DNA from: an uncultured Candidatus Saccharibacteria bacterium
GTDB lineage: Bacteria > Patescibacteriota > Minisyncoccia > Phycocordibacterales > Phycocordibacteraceae
Length of the DNA: 64,000 nucleotides
NCBI GenBank assembly: GCA_964469405.1
Contig: CAYXYP010000001.1
Span: forward strand, 36,782-100,781
Reading direction: 5' to 3'
This document shows, piece by piece, positions 62,800 through 64,000 of this stretch (position 1 is the first letter of the stretch; the number at the start of each line of letters is the position of its first letter). The notes under the pieces are model-generated. The model was not told where the DNA came from. It did not search any database and saw only the letters and a program-made list of their open reading frames with translations. A program made the position numbers and the translations under genes.

Positions 62800-63075
62800 T
62801 TAATTATTCTCGCTCTCCGTAGACACCGTCTTCGTAGGGTCGATGGCGAAATGCTTCAGTTTGGAAATAGGGCGTGTGGCGACAATCGTGACGGTATCGC
62901 CCACTTTTACCGTATTGCCTGGATCGTGTGCAAGGTATTTCTTCGAACGTACGAAATATTTCTTGTACTTCGCATTTTTTACGTAACGATCGACTTTGAC
63001 CGTGGCAGTATCCTTCATCGCCGTCTTTACGACGACGCCGATGAATGATTGGGGACGAATAATTTTTTGTTCCAT
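62800..63075 (-). CDS. rpsQ: 30S ribosomal protein S17
   Basis: KY-AHD, GD-V-I..RPISK. Confidence 0.95.
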   Translation of the reverse strand: MEQKIIRPQSFIGVVVKTAMKDTATVKVDRYVKNAKYKKYFVRSKKYLAHDPGNTVKVGDTVTIVATRPISKLKHFAIDPTKTVSTESENN

Positions 63076-63080
63076 ATAAT

Positions 63081-63278
63081 TTATGCGGCGAGAACGCGAG
63101 CATGTTGCTCGGTAAGCATCCGCGCGATTTTTGTACGGAGCTTCCCCTTAGCATTCGGGTCCTTGGCACGTGCCCCAGCAGCAGAAAAGCGCTCTGTGCG
63201 GAGTTCAGCACGAGTTTCAGTGAGAAGCTTGAGAAGCTCCTGATCGGTTTTGGTCTTCATGTTATCTTTTTTTGTCAT
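63081..63278 (-). CDS. rpmC: 50S ribosomal protein L29
   Basis: ELR-ERF..LRTKIARMLT; position. Confidence 0.9.
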   Translation of the reverse strand: MTKKDNMKTKTDQELLKLLTETRAELRTERFSAAGARAKDPNAKGKLRTKIARMLTEQHARVLAA

Positions 63279-63299
63279 ACAAATAGGAAAAAAGCAATC

Positions 63300-63722
63300 T
63301 TAACGGCGCGCGATTATTGAAGTAGTAACCGGCAATTTCATGCCAGCCTGTCGAAGATGCGCCCGAGCAATGTCTTCGGGAACACCATCAAGCTCGAAAA
63401 GTACGCGGCCCGGACGTACCTCAAAGACGTAGTGTTTTGGATCGCCTTTACCGCTACCCATGCCGACCTCTGCAGGCTTAGCGGTCACTGGTCGGTCGGG
63501 GAAAATACGGACCCACATCTTGCCTGATTTTGAAATTGCGCGCGCAAGCACCTTACGTGCCGATTCAATCTGATTACTCGTGACACGTGCACTCGAGAGC
63601 GCCTTAATAGCGAAAGAGCCGAACACAATCGTCGTGCCACGTGTATCAGGACGCGCGAGACGCTTGTCGCTCTTGCGCTGCGTCTGCCACTTACGGTGCT
63701 TTACTTTCTTAGGGAACATCAT
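63300..63722 (-). CDS. rplP: 50S ribosomal protein L16
   Basis: QIESAR, RIFPD, MGSGKG. Confidence 0.97.
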   Translation of the reverse strand: MMFPKKVKHRKWQTQRKSDKRLARPDTRGTTIVFGSFAIKALSSARVTSNQIESARKVLARAISKSGKMWVRIFPDRPVTAKPAEVGMGSGKGDPKHYVFEVRPGRVLFELDGVPEDIARAHLRQAGMKLPVTTSIIARR

Positions 63723-63733
63723 GGTAGGAAATA

Positions 63734-64000
63734 TTAGCTATGGGCCGGCGTGGTTTCCGTCAAACGTACCGGGGTCTTCTTATCCTGGTACACATTACCG
63801 CGATAAATCCAAACCTTGATACCTACGACTCCATAGGGCAGATATGCTTGCTCATGAGCGAAGTCGATATCGGCACGAAATGTCTGGAGTGGAATACGAC
63901 CTTTCTTGGCCTCTTCCTTTCGGCTCATTTCTGCACCGCCAAGCCTTCCTGAGAGCGCGATGCGTACGCCTTCGACCTCGCGTACCGCAATAACCTTCTC
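63734..64000 (-). CDS. rpsC: 30S ribosomal protein S3, C-terminal part (5' outside window)
   Basis: [23 protein letters not shown]. Confidence 0.95.
   Translation of the reverse strand, partial: EKVIAVREVEGVRIALSGRLGGAEMSRKEEAKKGRIPLQTFRADIDFAHEQAYLPYGVVGIKVWIYRGNVYQDKKTPVRLTETTPAHS

Overview
64-kb chromosomal segment of a Patescibacteria/CPR (Parcubacteria-like) bacterium. The assignment is inferred from the missing rpmD/L30 in the spc operon, the CPR-style type IV pilus cluster, the secG-OppA-rnj synteny and the scarcity of Shine-Dalgarno sites. Positions ~2.5-14.25 kb are an accessory island at the 3' end of a group I intron-containing tRNA-Met(CAT). The island encodes a large serine recombinase, a DpnII-type R-M system, a retron RT fused to a trypsin-like protease, a ParB-methyltransferase/terminase-small-like pair, a VRR-NUC nuclease and an Xre/ImmA-regulated two-gene operon of unknown function. 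The retron has a clear msr/msd ncRNA upstream and a second, unexplained ~270-nt structured RNA-like element downstream. The rest is core genome: gatCA, ligA, the pilus/competence cluster, tRNA-Ser, an ABC exporter, groESL, rnj, repair and redox genes, infC-rpmI-rplT, a short 6S RNA, and S10/spc ribosomal genes. Three small structured repeat families are dispersed through it, including an 84-bp unit inserted in frame into prepilin leader peptides. All calls come from motif reading only; no database searches were run.
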